Shown: one piece after another, positions 46,829 to 56,446 of the stretch
Layout of the letters: each line of letters begins with the position of its first letter
Numbering within the stretch: position 1 is the stretch's first letter
NCBI GenBank assembly: GCA_004431415.1
Contig: QPMI01000416.1
Location: 248,001-312,000, forward strand
Source: Cyanophora paradoxa CCMP329
Lineage: Eukaryota; Plantae; Glaucophyta
Reading direction: 5' to 3'
Length of the DNA stretch: 64,000 bases
Translations under genes and position numbers: made by a program
Notes under the pieces: model-generated
What the model saw: only the letters and a program-made list of their open reading frames with translations
Database searches by the model: none
Told to the model about the DNA's origin: nothing

Positions 46829-46912
46829 AAAAAATGAAAGTCCCGTGAGCTACACAAATTGATTTAAGGAAGTTGCGATATAGAGGTGTAAGAAAGAAAA
46901 TTATTTTCTGTG
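46829..46912 (+). promoter_or_regulatory. Duplicated promoter-like block, copy 1
   Basis: AAAAAATGAAAG...GCTACACAAA.TGATTTAAGGAAGTTGCGATATA is repeated at 47546-47633; each copy precedes an ORF. Confidence 0.7.
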
Positions 46913-46930
46913 TCTAATATAAAAGCAAAC

Positions 46931-47539
46931 ATGTCTTATCTGTTCAATGGTCAAATCATCTTCTCTGTTCGTATTCGTGATATTCCGTTTTCCGTCGGTG
47001 AAATGCTGGAAATTATAAATGCTATCCATCATAACGGAAGATTAATAGGCAATTCACCCACTTATTCTGATATGCGGGGTGTCGGTTATTTCATGCATAA
47101 ACCTCATCAAATAGTTGTTAGACATGTTGATGATCGGTTTTACATTGCGAAAGCCATTGAGCCTATGGGAAATATTAAATTCCTTGTAAGACAACTCCGT
47201 TATGATGAAACAGAGGATGAAGAATATGTAGAAATTGTCAATTTCTGGCGACATGTCCGATGCACTCAATATAAGGTATCTGATGTCATGGATGTAATTG
47301 TAAGAGATTACGGTAATCAGATGCAACCACGTTATTATTTTAAAGTAAATCGTGATCTCTCGGTTTATCATCGCAAGTTTGAAGGGCATAACTTAAAGTT
47401 AACTACCCGTGCATCGGTTCGTGAATTCTTAAAAGCCAATGGTGCCGCATGGAGTCGTGGACATCGCATGTGGTATATTGAAGAAAAGGACAAAGTGGGT
47501 ATAGTGGGCGACATATTCAGTTTGATTGATCGTGATTAA
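46931..47539 (+). CDS. Hypothetical protein with C-terminal DUF5710-like motif
   Basis: REFLKANGAAWSRGHRMWYI resembles the K..GA.W....WY motif. Confidence 0.6.
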   Translation: MSYLFNGQIIFSVRIRDIPFSVGEMLEIINAIHHNGRLIGNSPTYSDMRGVGYFMHKPHQIVVRHVDDRFYIAKAIEPMGNIKFLVRQLRYDETEDEEYVEIVNFWRHVRCTQYKVSDVMDVIVRDYGNQMQPRYYFKVNRDLSVYHRKFEGHNLKLTTRASVREFLKANGAAWSRGHRMWYIEEKDKVGIVGDIFSLIDRD

Positions 47540-47545
47540 TAAGGC

Positions 47546-47633
47546 AAAAATTGAAAGCCCCGTGGGCTACACAAAATGATTTAAGGAAGTTGCGATATAT
47601 AGGGGTAACAAAGAAAGAGAAAAATTTTTCCGT
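47546..47633 (+). promoter_or_regulatory. Duplicated promoter-like block, copy 2, containing AAAATTGA
   Basis: Exact AAAATTGA at 47547-47554, upstream of ATG 47645. Confidence 0.7.
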
Positions 47634-47644
47634 GACGTATTACA

Positions 47645-47923
47645 ATGTCGCGCGCTGAAATGTTTAAGGAGATCTCCGATATCATGGAAGCCGCTGAATA
47701 CTTCTATAAAGAAAACGATACCCTTTACCCTTCTCTGTCTCAAATTGTAGCGATCGGTTTCTTAGCTGATAGACCCGACCGACTGTATGCAAAGAGTGAT
47801 GAAAACCACTTTTTCCACTATCAAAAGCAAACTTTAAAAAGAGGAAAGGTGGAATACAATGTTAAAGCACTGTTTAACTTTGGTGGTGAGTTCATCCCTC
47901 TCATCGAATTCAAAAACCACTAA
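47645..47923 (+). CDS. Hypothetical protein
   Basis: 92-aa ATG ORF downstream of the duplicated promoter block. Confidence 0.6.
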   Translation: MSRAEMFKEISDIMEAAEYFYKENDTLYPSLSQIVAIGFLADRPDRLYAKSDENHFFHYQKQTLKRGKVEYNVKALFNFGGEFIPLIEFKNH

Positions 47924-48831
47924 TCAATACCTAACGCTAAAAATTCCAACTGGAACGAATTATCGATACCGTTCATATCTACAACATCACCATAATAATC
48001 ACGAAACTCTACCGTTAACTCATTAATCACCAAATTTCGATCGTTTATTTTTATGTATTCGCCATGCTCTCCGCTATGGTAGATATACTTCCCGATGTCC
48101 TGACTTAATTGTAAACGCAAAATTGCGCCTTGGTTCTGTGGTTGCGATCGTGGGACTATATTATGGTTTGCCGCAAATGTGGCAATTTCTTTAATGTGCA
48201 TATAAATGTATTGTTCAGCGTTCATGTCCGCCATCTTTGGACTAACCGCTTTAAAAGCCATCGGCGCCGCTACTAACTCCGCTCCCTCGAATGTTATCCC
48301 CCACTGTGGGTGATCTGGTGTTATCGGAGTCCCCGCATAAAATAAGATATTTTCGGGAGCATATAAAGACCTATTATTATCTATTATCTGTGCTGCGCTT
48401 CCTAATAATGTTGTTGCACTGAGACCCAATAACTTAGCTATCCTATTGTTTCCTGCGATGAGTTCAAAAGCATAATTACTATAAAACTCTAACTTGTATG
48501 TCGTCGGATTGTAGTAGATCTTAAATAATATATTGTCAGTAACGGCGTAATTCAAACCGTAATTATACGGCTGTGTCACACCAAAGTGTCCTTGGTTTAT
48601 GTAACCACTCGGTAATGGGTATACTTGCTGATTAAGATAAACACCATCAATATTGTATCGTATAGTTATAAAATCGGTTCCTATTGAATTATAGATACTG
48701 TTCGGAATCTCAGCATACAAAACGCGACATTGCCGCGGTTTGGTTATTGGTCTTGTGAGTGCAACCCTATAAGAGTTTTCTTTTTGTCCTTGTTGTCGAT
48801 CTCTACTATCGACATTGATAAGACGAATCAT
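47920..48831 (-). CDS. Minor capsid (penton-like) protein A
   Basis: LINVDSRDR...YRVAL...AEIPNSIYN and LTVEFRDYYGDVVDMNGIDNSFQLEF. Confidence 0.8.
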   Translation of the reverse strand: MIRLINVDSRDRQQGQKENSYRVALTRPITKPRQCRVLYAEIPNSIYNSIGTDFITIRYNIDGVYLNQQVYPLPSGYINQGHFGVTQPYNYGLNYAVTDNILFKIYYNPTTYKLEFYSNYAFELIAGNNRIAKLLGLSATTLLGSAAQIIDNNRSLYAPENILFYAGTPITPDHPQWGITFEGAELVAAPMAFKAVSPKMADMNAEQYIYMHIKEIATFAANHNIVPRSQPQNQGAILRLQLSQDIGKYIYHSGEHGEYIKINDRNLVINELTVEFRDYYGDVVDMNGIDNSFQLEFLALGID

Positions 48832-48860
48832 TTTATTATATGAATATACATTAAAGAAAC

Positions 48861-49871
48861 ATGCCGGTCGAATATGTCGAAGTTTCATCATTTAGACAGG
48901 CTCCTAATCTCGATGCGCCGACGTCTAAGTTTATCGCTGAATTACCAAAGATGTATGAGAATGTAAGAGCTGTCCGACTTGTTTCGGCGGAATTCTATAA
49001 CTCCATTCCTCTTATCAGCGGTGAAAGTGTCCCCGGAGATGTCACAGTTAATGATTCTTTCACTATTAATTTTAGTATCGCTAATTCAGCTATCAACTCT
49101 ACCAATGCACCCGCTCCCGGTTTCGATGTTTGGCGCTCGATTCGTCCCGGTCAAAATATCGGAAGCACAGTAATTAATACGCATCAGGAACTGGTTAACC
49201 GTATAAATACTCGTTTTGCTGGGGCTACACCCGATCCTCAAATTAGGTGTAAATGGGAAACCGAAAATAAACGCGTAATATTCTATGCTCCACATGAATT
49301 TTACATAGCATTCACGACTGCTAAGGATCCTTCTAGTTCGATGGCTGAAAAGTCAAACCGACACGGTCGTATGCTTGGTCTCGATGCCGGAAGAGCCGGT
49401 AACCGTTTCATCAAATCTAACATTTACTCAACTGAATATGATTCAGTTTTTACCGGTGCTAATGTTCATGGTATCATCTCTACATTCCCTACTGAGAGTT
49501 GCAAAGATAACGTATTATTCGTAAGAGTGAAAGAACTGGGTGACCTCGTTCAGTGTTCCGATGGTCTCCTATCTGGATATTTCCATAAACTCGTTGTGCA
49601 AGATAAAGACTTTGCGGAACACGTTGTTTATAACTCAACAGAAGCAAACCCGTTATATAAATATTATGGTAAATCATTCTCTATTTCTCAATTGTCCGTA
49701 GAAATTGTGAATGCTCAAAACGAATTAATTGATTTCGAAGGGCAACCTGTGCATTTAACTTTCGAGATCCGATATGGAAATGAGCCCGCCGGTGATCCTA
49801 TTTATGAGTATTTCAAAATGCGGATGGCGGAAACGCATCCAAATTATCCGGTGATTTGCAATTTTGGATAA
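48861..49871 (+). CDS. Minor capsid (penton-like) protein B
   Basis: F..ELP..YENVRAVRLVSAEFYNS and ISQLSVEIVNAQNELIDFEGQPVHLTFEI; same family pattern as protein A. Confidence 0.75.
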   Translation: MPVEYVEVSSFRQAPNLDAPTSKFIAELPKMYENVRAVRLVSAEFYNSIPLISGESVPGDVTVNDSFTINFSIANSAINSTNAPAPGFDVWRSIRPGQNIGSTVINTHQELVNRINTRFAGATPDPQIRCKWETENKRVIFYAPHEFYIAFTTAKDPSSSMAEKSNRHGRMLGLDAGRAGNRFIKSNIYSTEYDSVFTGANVHGIISTFPTESCKDNVLFVRVKELGDLVQCSDGLLSGYFHKLVVQDKDFAEHVVYNSTEANPLYKYYGKSFSISQLSVEIVNAQNELIDFEGQPVHLTFEIRYGNEPAGDPIYEYFKMRMAETHPNYPVICNFG

Positions 49872-49922
49872 TTAAGGATCATTCACAGAATTTTTATATT
49901 TTATTATTGTAAAAGAGAAAAC

Positions 49923-51323
49923 ATGGACGTCACGACAACCCTCCAACGTCTTTCCCTCAAAGAGGCGCTAACCACCCCCGAAGAGGCGAAGGCGTTCTTC
50001 CTCGATAACTCGCTTATGCTTGGTCTGGAATCGAAGACTAAACCCGTTCTCGTTACTGTTAGCCCATCGACAACCTTCCCTAACAACGCTGCGCAACGAG
50101 TAAGTTTCAAACTTCCACGTTACAACTTCATCGGTAAGCTGGAACTCGCTTTCGATCTAAGCGAAATTGCGGGTTTCATCGGTGATACCGATCTTGTTCG
50201 TAATGGTTATGTGCGCCCCGTCGGCGCTCTTGTAGAGCGTCTCGAAATCTCGTATGGCTCTTACCTTTTCACTGTGCCTTCTGATTTCCTCGCTCACTTC
50301 CCTCTGGTTTATTATTCGGAGGATCAGCTAGCGAAAAAGAAACGTTCGGCTGGTTTCCTACACGGCATCCCACAACACGGAACTAACCGACTTGGTGGGT
50401 CATTCTTTGTGGAAATCCCGGTTCCGTGGTTAAACAGTTACCTACCACTTGGCGCGCTCTCAGGCGAAATGGTAGTTACCGCATGGTTCCGTGACCCCGC
50501 TAAGGGTGGATTCATTGAGACTTCTTATGGTGGTCGCGCTCTTCCGGTTGTAGGTGGAACCGCTGCCGATCAAACCGCTAATGACGGTCTCGGAAACGCT
50601 ACTAATGTAACCCTTGCTAATGTCGGTCAAAACATCACAACTGGAACCATTACCGGTCTGTCCATTCCATCATCTGCACCCGTGGATACTATTATGATCA
50701 CCAACCCACGCCTTTACATGCATGCCGTCAATGTTTCCGATGAGCTGTTTGCTACGGTCATTGAGAAGGTTAAGACTACTGGTATTGCGATTCCGGCTAT
50801 CGACATCGGCTACGTCGATGCTTTCGATGTTGCCGCCAACGGCAATAACCAACCTAACCGTATTAACATTAGCCAAATGTCGGGGCTTGCTTTCGCTCTT
50901 CTATTCTCGGTTCGTGACTACCTTAAAACCGGTCAGGATAACAGCGGCTCCCACAGTGTCCTTAAAACATATGCGGACTCGAAGGATATCACATACACGG
51001 TGGAGATTAACGGACAGCGTCTTTATTCCACGGAGCCTATCCCACTCCTCAAAGGTGCGGAACTCATCGCCGATGCATTCAAGTGTTCTAACATGGATAA
51101 GGAAGCTAACCGCTATGTCCTGTCCGGTCTTCCGTTCTGTCTGGACGGAGAGAAGGCAATTCGTAACATTGCCCAAAGTGGTTATGTCGATCTAACTAAC
51201 TCCTCATCAAGTTTCCTAACCCTCTACGTCCCACAAAACATGCGCCTTACTGTTAACGTGCGCGCTCTCATGCACACGATGCTCATAGCGGACCGCGATG
51301 GTTTAAGAAGGGTAAATTTGTAA
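49923..51323 (+). CDS. Major capsid protein
   Basis: Shares blocks with the other MCPs: LKEAL, FKLPR, VPSDFL, VEIP, MSGLAFALLFSVR, GYVDLTNSSSSF; followed by the ATPase. Confidence 0.82.
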   Translation: MDVTTTLQRLSLKEALTTPEEAKAFFLDNSLMLGLESKTKPVLVTVSPSTTFPNNAAQRVSFKLPRYNFIGKLELAFDLSEIAGFIGDTDLVRNGYVRPVGALVERLEISYGSYLFTVPSDFLAHFPLVYYSEDQLAKKKRSAGFLHGIPQHGTNRLGGSFFVEIPVPWLNSYLPLGALSGEMVVTAWFRDPAKGGFIETSYGGRALPVVGGTAADQTANDGLGNATNVTLANVGQNITTGTITGLSIPSSAPVDTIMITNPRLYMHAVNVSDELFATVIEKVKTTGIAIPAIDIGYVDAFDVAANGNNQPNRINISQMSGLAFALLFSVRDYLKTGQDNSGSHSVLKTYADSKDITYTVEINGQRLYSTEPIPLLKGAELIADAFKCSNMDKEANRYVLSGLPFCLDGEKAIRNIAQSGYVDLTNSSSSFLTLYVPQNMRLTVNVRALMHTMLIADRDGLRRVNL

Positions 51324-51405
51324 TAAGCACTGTGTGTGTTTGTTACCATTATTTAGTCATATTTCGTTATTTTTATCTGGCTTTATTAAGAAGATCTACA
51401 ACACC

Positions 51406-52188
51406 ATGGATGATGTCCCCGAATTTAACGCTGGCGAAATGATTAAACCACCATTTCGCGTCCTCGCAATCGGAAAATCGGCTACGGGTAAGTCGGAAGC
51501 CGTTAAATACTGGCTAAAACAGTTACACGATGAGAAAAAGTTAGATGTTGTTTTAGTTGTAAGTGGAACCGCATTTAATCATTTCTGGAATAATGTAGCT
51601 ACTATACAGCTCGGTAAATGGGATGCTCCTTATATCGCTAAACTTCTCGATGAAAGACAAGAGAAAATAGAGAAAGGAGAACCCGTTAACCAATTGTGTG
51701 TAGTTCTCGATGATCTTATAGATAATGAGTTAGTCGACCTTACCCGCGATAAAATTATTGGTTCTCTGTATTCGCGTGGTCGCCACTCAAATATATCCAT
51801 TATCTGTATCACACAGAAACTGCGTAAGGTTTCTTCCACTATTCGCGTTAATTCGGATTATGCAATGTTTCTTAGCGCCGCTAATCGGAAAGAACTCGAA
51901 GCAATAGAAGAAGAATACAATATAATAAGAGATAAAGACGCTTTTTATAAGATGTTTGAGGAATACGTGCATTCCTACCAATTCCTCATTTGGTCATCCG
52001 CTGATTATTCGGTAAAGTATTATGTAGATAAAGCGGATCTCGTTAAAAACTTTGGATTTCCGCGGTTCCATCGCAAACCTAAAAAGAAAGAAGACGAATT
52101 AAAACCACCTGAGAAGGAGGAAGCGCCAAAAGAAATTAAAAGCGCTATTCATACGAATAAATTGATGCGATATAAGAGAGGACTTTAA
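51406..52188 (+). CDS. A32/FtsK-like DNA packaging ATPase
   Basis: GKSATGKS, VVLDD, RGRHSNISIICITQ, IRVN. Confidence 0.93.
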   Translation: MDDVPEFNAGEMIKPPFRVLAIGKSATGKSEAVKYWLKQLHDEKKLDVVLVVSGTAFNHFWNNVATIQLGKWDAPYIAKLLDERQEKIEKGEPVNQLCVVLDDLIDNELVDLTRDKIIGSLYSRGRHSNISIICITQKLRKVSSTIRVNSDYAMFLSAANRKELEAIEEEYNIIRDKDAFYKMFEEYVHSYQFLIWSSADYSVKYYVDKADLVKNFGFPRFHRKPKKKEDELKPPEKEEAPKEIKSAIHTNKLMRYKRGL

Positions 52189-52216
52189 AATTATCTTCCA
52201 TATAATTAAAGATACA

Positions 52217-52948
52217 ATGCCGCCAAAACGTAAAGTAGGTGTCCCCGCTGGGGCTATTTCATATTCCGGTGGTGAAAGTTACGGGTCACTTAATACTACA
52301 CCTATGAAATTCGATGGAGTTAATCAAGTGAAACCATCGCAACCGGAAGAAGATCCCTTAAATGCCGCTTATGAAGAATCGCCGGCGGACAAAGCGCCGC
52401 AAGCATCGACAAGTGAAACACTCAATGTATCACCGGATGCATCGAAGATGAAGGCGGTCGGTGAGGGTGCGCGTCGTATTATCGGTGCCGCTGATGATCG
52501 CGGTCTTGGTCTACAAGATCTTGCACTTGCTCGTAAAGGTCAAGGTGTTTCGAAAGAATCGGACAAGGTTATACAATCGATGGCGGGAGAAGTAACTTAT
52601 AAAGTCGCTCCGACTCAAAACGTCCACCGAATGCCAAAGGCTGAATGGGACACAATGACCGCTAAACTACGCGATCTCGAAGCTAAGTCAAGTGCGCTAG
52701 AACAGTATGTAATGGAGAAGAAAGAACGCGCTAAAATGAAGGAAATGTTACGTAAAGAGGTTTTCCGTATGGGAATTACGGGACTTCCTGATACTCAATT
52801 TATTCGGAAGAAAGAGACACAAATAGATGAGCAAGCGGTGGATGAAATGAATACCAAAAAGAAGGGAACCATAGAACCTGGCGCTACCAAAGCGGAAGTA
52901 GAGAAAGCCGTAGCACCAACAGTATACAAGCGGAGAGTTTGGCTTTAA
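52217..52948 (+). CDS. Hypothetical protein with N-terminal NLS-like PPKRKV and coiled coil
   Basis: 243-aa ORF with an AT-rich upstream region, in the capsid block. Confidence 0.7.
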   Translation: MPPKRKVGVPAGAISYSGGESYGSLNTTPMKFDGVNQVKPSQPEEDPLNAAYEESPADKAPQASTSETLNVSPDASKMKAVGEGARRIIGAADDRGLGLQDLALARKGQGVSKESDKVIQSMAGEVTYKVAPTQNVHRMPKAEWDTMTAKLRDLEAKSSALEQYVMEKKERAKMKEMLRKEVFRMGITGLPDTQFIRKKETQIDEQAVDEMNTKKKGTIEPGATKAEVEKAVAPTVYKRRVWL

Positions 52949-52971
52949 AATTTATATATCTTTATAGAGAC

Positions 52972-53226
52972 ATGGACTTTTTGCAAAAGATCATAGAGAT
53001 GTTTAATATCCACGTGGTTAGCAATTGCCACAGCGGGTGCTGTGATACAACCGTAGAAGTGGGTTTTTCAGACAACGAAGATAATGAGACAGAAGGTAGA
53101 CGATCCCGAAGAAATTCAAATGTTTCGACTGGTTCGCGACCACCTACACCGGAACAGGGTCGCCGGTTTTCCGTAGATAATAGCGATGATTTACGAAGGC
53201 AAGCGTTTGATTATCACGGTAATTAA
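52972..53226 (+). CDS. Small protein with SxCxxxCC motif
   Basis: MDFLQKIIEMFNIHVVSNCHSGCC; TATATA upstream. Confidence 0.55.
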   Translation: MDFLQKIIEMFNIHVVSNCHSGCCDTTVEVGFSDNEDNETEGRRSRRNSNVSTGSRPPTPEQGRRFSVDNSDDLRRQAFDYHGN

Positions 53227-53428
53227 AATATTTGTAATAAGTATCGGAAAATGCTCGAAGAAGTCTATAATATTATTTTAGCGAAACGTCAGATTTACGC
53301 CATTCAATCTGCGATAGAAAAACGTAGACAAGAGCTTGTTCGGTCGCCAAAAAATGACAACCCTAAAAGTATTTAAAGAAACAGCGATAATACAAACTGA
53401 TAAAATATTTTCTGTGCTGAAAGTAAGA

Positions 53429-54742
53429 ATGGCTGCTATCGCCGATGATGTTAGCGTAATTGAATTCGAATTCGAAAGTGACAGCGATGAAATTGTTAAC
53501 TCACCACCAAAGGTTAAACTTAATCCTAAGAGTGCCGATGGGTTAAATTATCGGATCCGTGAAGTGCTGAGACTGCGAAAGAAGTATGAGGAAGACCCCG
53601 AATACCGTGAATTCAAAAATCGGTTTAGTCGTCCGACCTTTTTCGAAAGATTGGATACAGTGCCTAACATTATCGGTTTCACTAATGGTGTTTTCGATCT
53701 TAACACTATGACCTTCCGTAAGGGAAAACCCGATGATATGGTTAGCAAGACCGTAGGCTATGAATTCATCGCTGCCGACCGTCAGAAAATCGCTAAGATT
53801 CAATCCATCTATGCTGATATTATCGAAGATCCCGATGAGCGTAACTATATTATCGGAGCGCTTGCTTTCGCTCTCACAGGTCGGACTGATATCCAAAAAT
53901 TCAATTTCTGGTCTGGAAAAGGTGCTAATGGTAAATCGCTACTGCAAGAAATGGCTAAGAAAACATTCGGCGATTACTACGGCTCGATCAGTATGAGCTA
54001 CTGGACAAAGCCTAAAAAGAATTCATCAGATGCTACGCCCGATCTTGCCGCAATTCTTGGGAAGCGAATCGTATTCAGTAACGAAGCGGAAGATGGCGAT
54101 AAGTTGCAAATCAGTAAGATTAAGGAAATCACAGGTGGAAACGAAATGAAGGTTCGCGCTCTCTTTAAGGATCCCGTCGCCTTTATTCCGATGTGTCAAA
54201 TCTTCCTATCCACCAATGATAACCTTTCTCTCAGCAAAGCTGATGAAGCCATATTACGTCGGCTCATCTATTGCACATTCAAGAGTGTCTTTAAGCCGAA
54301 TCCTAAGGAAGGTGAAAAGAAAGCCGATATTACCCTTATGCATCTTCTCGATGACGACGAGTATAAAATGGCTCAAATGTCTATATTCTTGGACATGTTT
54401 AGAACGCAAGACCTTGCCGACCTTATGCAAAATCCGCCCCAATCTATCATCGATTACGGATCGGAATATTTCGCTGAAAATGATAAGATCGGTGAATGGA
54501 TCAGAAATACTTATGAAAAGACAGGAAACCGTGATGACTTTGTTTCAAGTGATTCTATCATGAAGAAATATAGACAAGTGGATGATAAGGCGGAACCGAC
54601 AAGCATCGGTAAACGGATGCGCGAGATATTTAATGTTAAGTCTGAGTCTAAGCGCGAAAGGGGCGCGGTTATTCGTGGATATTATGGAATCAAAGCCATA
54701 ATTCACCATAACGAATTTGTGGATGATGATGTAGAAGCGTAA
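53429..54742 (+). CDS. D5-like superfamily 3 helicase lacking a primase domain
   Basis: IGFTNGVFDL (D5_N), GKGANGKS Walker A, FSNE, IKEITGG, STN, ILRRL; C-terminal winged-helix-like RGYYGIK. Start chosen at the ATG after the promoter-like motifs. Confidence 0.9.
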   Translation: MAAIADDVSVIEFEFESDSDEIVNSPPKVKLNPKSADGLNYRIREVLRLRKKYEEDPEYREFKNRFSRPTFFERLDTVPNIIGFTNGVFDLNTMTFRKGKPDDMVSKTVGYEFIAADRQKIAKIQSIYADIIEDPDERNYIIGALAFALTGRTDIQKFNFWSGKGANGKSLLQEMAKKTFGDYYGSISMSYWTKPKKNSSDATPDLAAILGKRIVFSNEAEDGDKLQISKIKEITGGNEMKVRALFKDPVAFIPMCQIFLSTNDNLSLSKADEAILRRLIYCTFKSVFKPNPKEGEKKADITLMHLLDDDEYKMAQMSIFLDMFRTQDLADLMQNPPQSIIDYGSEYFAENDKIGEWIRNTYEKTGNRDDFVSSDSIMKKYRQVDDKAEPTSIGKRMREIFNVKSESKRERGAVIRGYYGIKAIIHHNEFVDDDVEA

Positions 54743-54844
54743 ATATAAATGAATTGAATGATTGCTTTCTTACTATTTTTTATAACCTTACTGTGTATGG
54801 TAAGAATTAACAATGTAACAGGTGGATTTTTGGTTTTCAGTCTC

Positions 54845-54937
54845 GTGTAACAGGTGTAACAGGTCTATCCCAAAGTTCTGACCTCTGACCCCCCTCCTAG
54901 GGGAAAGTTTGGGATGAACCTGTTACACCTGTTACAC
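54845..54937 (-). repeat. Third iteron hairpin, inverted relative to those at 46314-46664
   Basis: Reverse complement of 46572-46664 with substitutions; homology extends over about 54812-54981 vs 46528-46700. Confidence 0.92.
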
Positions 54938-55097
54938 ATACCATTCTCAGTAAGACCCCTTTAAAAACATAAAAACTCAGTGTGAATATCCTTATTAATA
55001 TAATTTGTAGTGTTTTATTACTATAATCTGTAAAAATTGAACAAGATATTTAAGCATTTATTTGTTTGACTATACGAAGTTCTCTACGAAGTTATCA

Positions 55098-55352
55098 ATG
55101 GCTACCCGTAAGTTTGCTTTCGAAATGACCGATGAAGAATTAGACCAAAACATAAAACAAGAAATTACCATGGAAGCAACAGCGGAATATTTAAAAAGGG
55201 TATTCGGTTCTAATCCGTTATTGGAAACAAAGAAACGCCGCACTCATGTTATCAAAGCGAATAACGTCCAACTTAACCTTATACTTCCTGAGGGCGTTAA
55301 AGTGCGCATTCGTGGAGTTACCGTTTATGATCCGAAATGTGTCCAAAAGTGA
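55098..55352 (+). CDS. Hypothetical protein
   Basis: ATG ORF preceded by AAAATTGA (55033-55040) and TATTTAAG. Confidence 0.55.
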   Translation: MATRKFAFEMTDEELDQNIKQEITMEATAEYLKRVFGSNPLLETKKRRTHVIKANNVQLNLILPEGVKVRIRGVTVYDPKCVQK

Positions 55353-55410
55353 AATAGAAATGCTCAAAAATCTATTAAACCACAAAATAAAAAAGATTTT
55401 ATTAGTTTTT

Positions 55411-56316
55411 TCAACCTTGCACAATGTAACGATCGCTGCATATTCTAATTCGTATACTTGCCAATTTAAAATGTTTTTTTAACAATTCAACAACTTGTTC
55501 GATTGTATACGCCACTGAACAATTAGTATCACGATCCCATAAACAATCTAATTGTTTCGGAATATCTCTACGTTCCCATGCGACTTTGAAATGTAAGCGA
55601 ATTTCAATACGTGGACATTCCATGTATTCAGCGAGCCATTCAAGGAATTGCTTCCTTTCAGCTCTGAATTTATCTATATCGTGTTTTCTCATTTTATCCA
55701 TGTTTGGAACAAAGTTTTCACACCAAACTACAAACTTTCTCGCATTTGCCTGATTAATAAGCTGTTGTTGTTCCCATTCTTTCTGTCTCTGTTCCCATTC
55801 TTCCTGTCTTTGTCTTCTTTTTTGTTCTTCTTCTTGCCGTTTCTTTTCTTCTTCTTGCCGTTTCTTTTCTTCTTCTTGCCGTTTCTTTTCTTCTTCTTGC
55901 CGTTTCTTCTCTTCTCTTTGCCTTTTCCTCTCTTCTTTTGCTTTTTGTTTTCTACAATGATTACAATAGTCTTCTTTACGGTTCCAATGCCTTTCCTCAC
56001 ATTGATGACATAAGTCACCTCTGTGTTCTTCTGGCATGAACCGTTCTATACAATGATTTCCAACCAAAACGATAATTTTCTTTTCGACATGCAATATATA
56101 ACATTGCTCTTCTATGTGATGAGAACAGGCACATTTATTATGTTTTGGAGGAAGGTTTTCAATTCCTACATTATAGTGTGCAAGTTTAGCGCGTATCCGT
56201 TTCATATTATGCTCACTTCCCAACTCAACATAATCTAGGAAGTTATCAGAACCACATAGGTTACGTAAAGTCTCTTTTAACTGTTCGAGATAGCTATTTT
56301 TCTTTTCTGTTGTCAT
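55411..56316 (-). CDS. Zn-binding, coiled-coil protein with DUF5710-like C-terminus
   Basis: CACSH.I...C...VGNHCI and CxxC...CxxC motifs; KKRQEEE repeats encoded by a 21-bp tandem repeat; FKVAWERRDIPKQLDCLWD. Confidence 0.7.
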   Translation of the reverse strand: MTTEKKNSYLEQLKETLRNLCGSDNFLDYVELGSEHNMKRIRAKLAHYNVGIENLPPKHNKCACSHHIEEQCYILHVEKKIIVLVGNHCIERFMPEEHRGDLCHQCEERHWNRKEDYCNHCRKQKAKEERKRQREEKKRQEEEKKRQEEEKKRQEEEKKRQEEEQKRRQRQEEWEQRQKEWEQQQLINQANARKFVVWCENFVPNMDKMRKHDIDKFRAERKQFLEWLAEYMECPRIEIRLHFKVAWERRDIPKQLDCLWDRDTNCSVAYTIEQVVELLKKHFKLASIRIRICSDRYIVQG

Positions 56317-56446
56317 TTCTGTTTCTCTGTATGTGTTACACATAAAATGTTTTCTCATCTGTCAATTTTTGAGTTGTCTTTAAATACGTTTCTACATTTT
56401 TAAACGCGTTTCATTTCCGAAAAAATAATGTTCCTATAAAGCAAAG

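Noticed and set aside
2043-52188. Calling the elements virophages (Lavidaviridae) or canonical Polintons
   Set aside because: No maturation cysteine protease gene is visible, definitively so in the complete element 2, and the MCPs (~410-470 aa) are shorter than typical virophage MCPs; PLV is the safer label.
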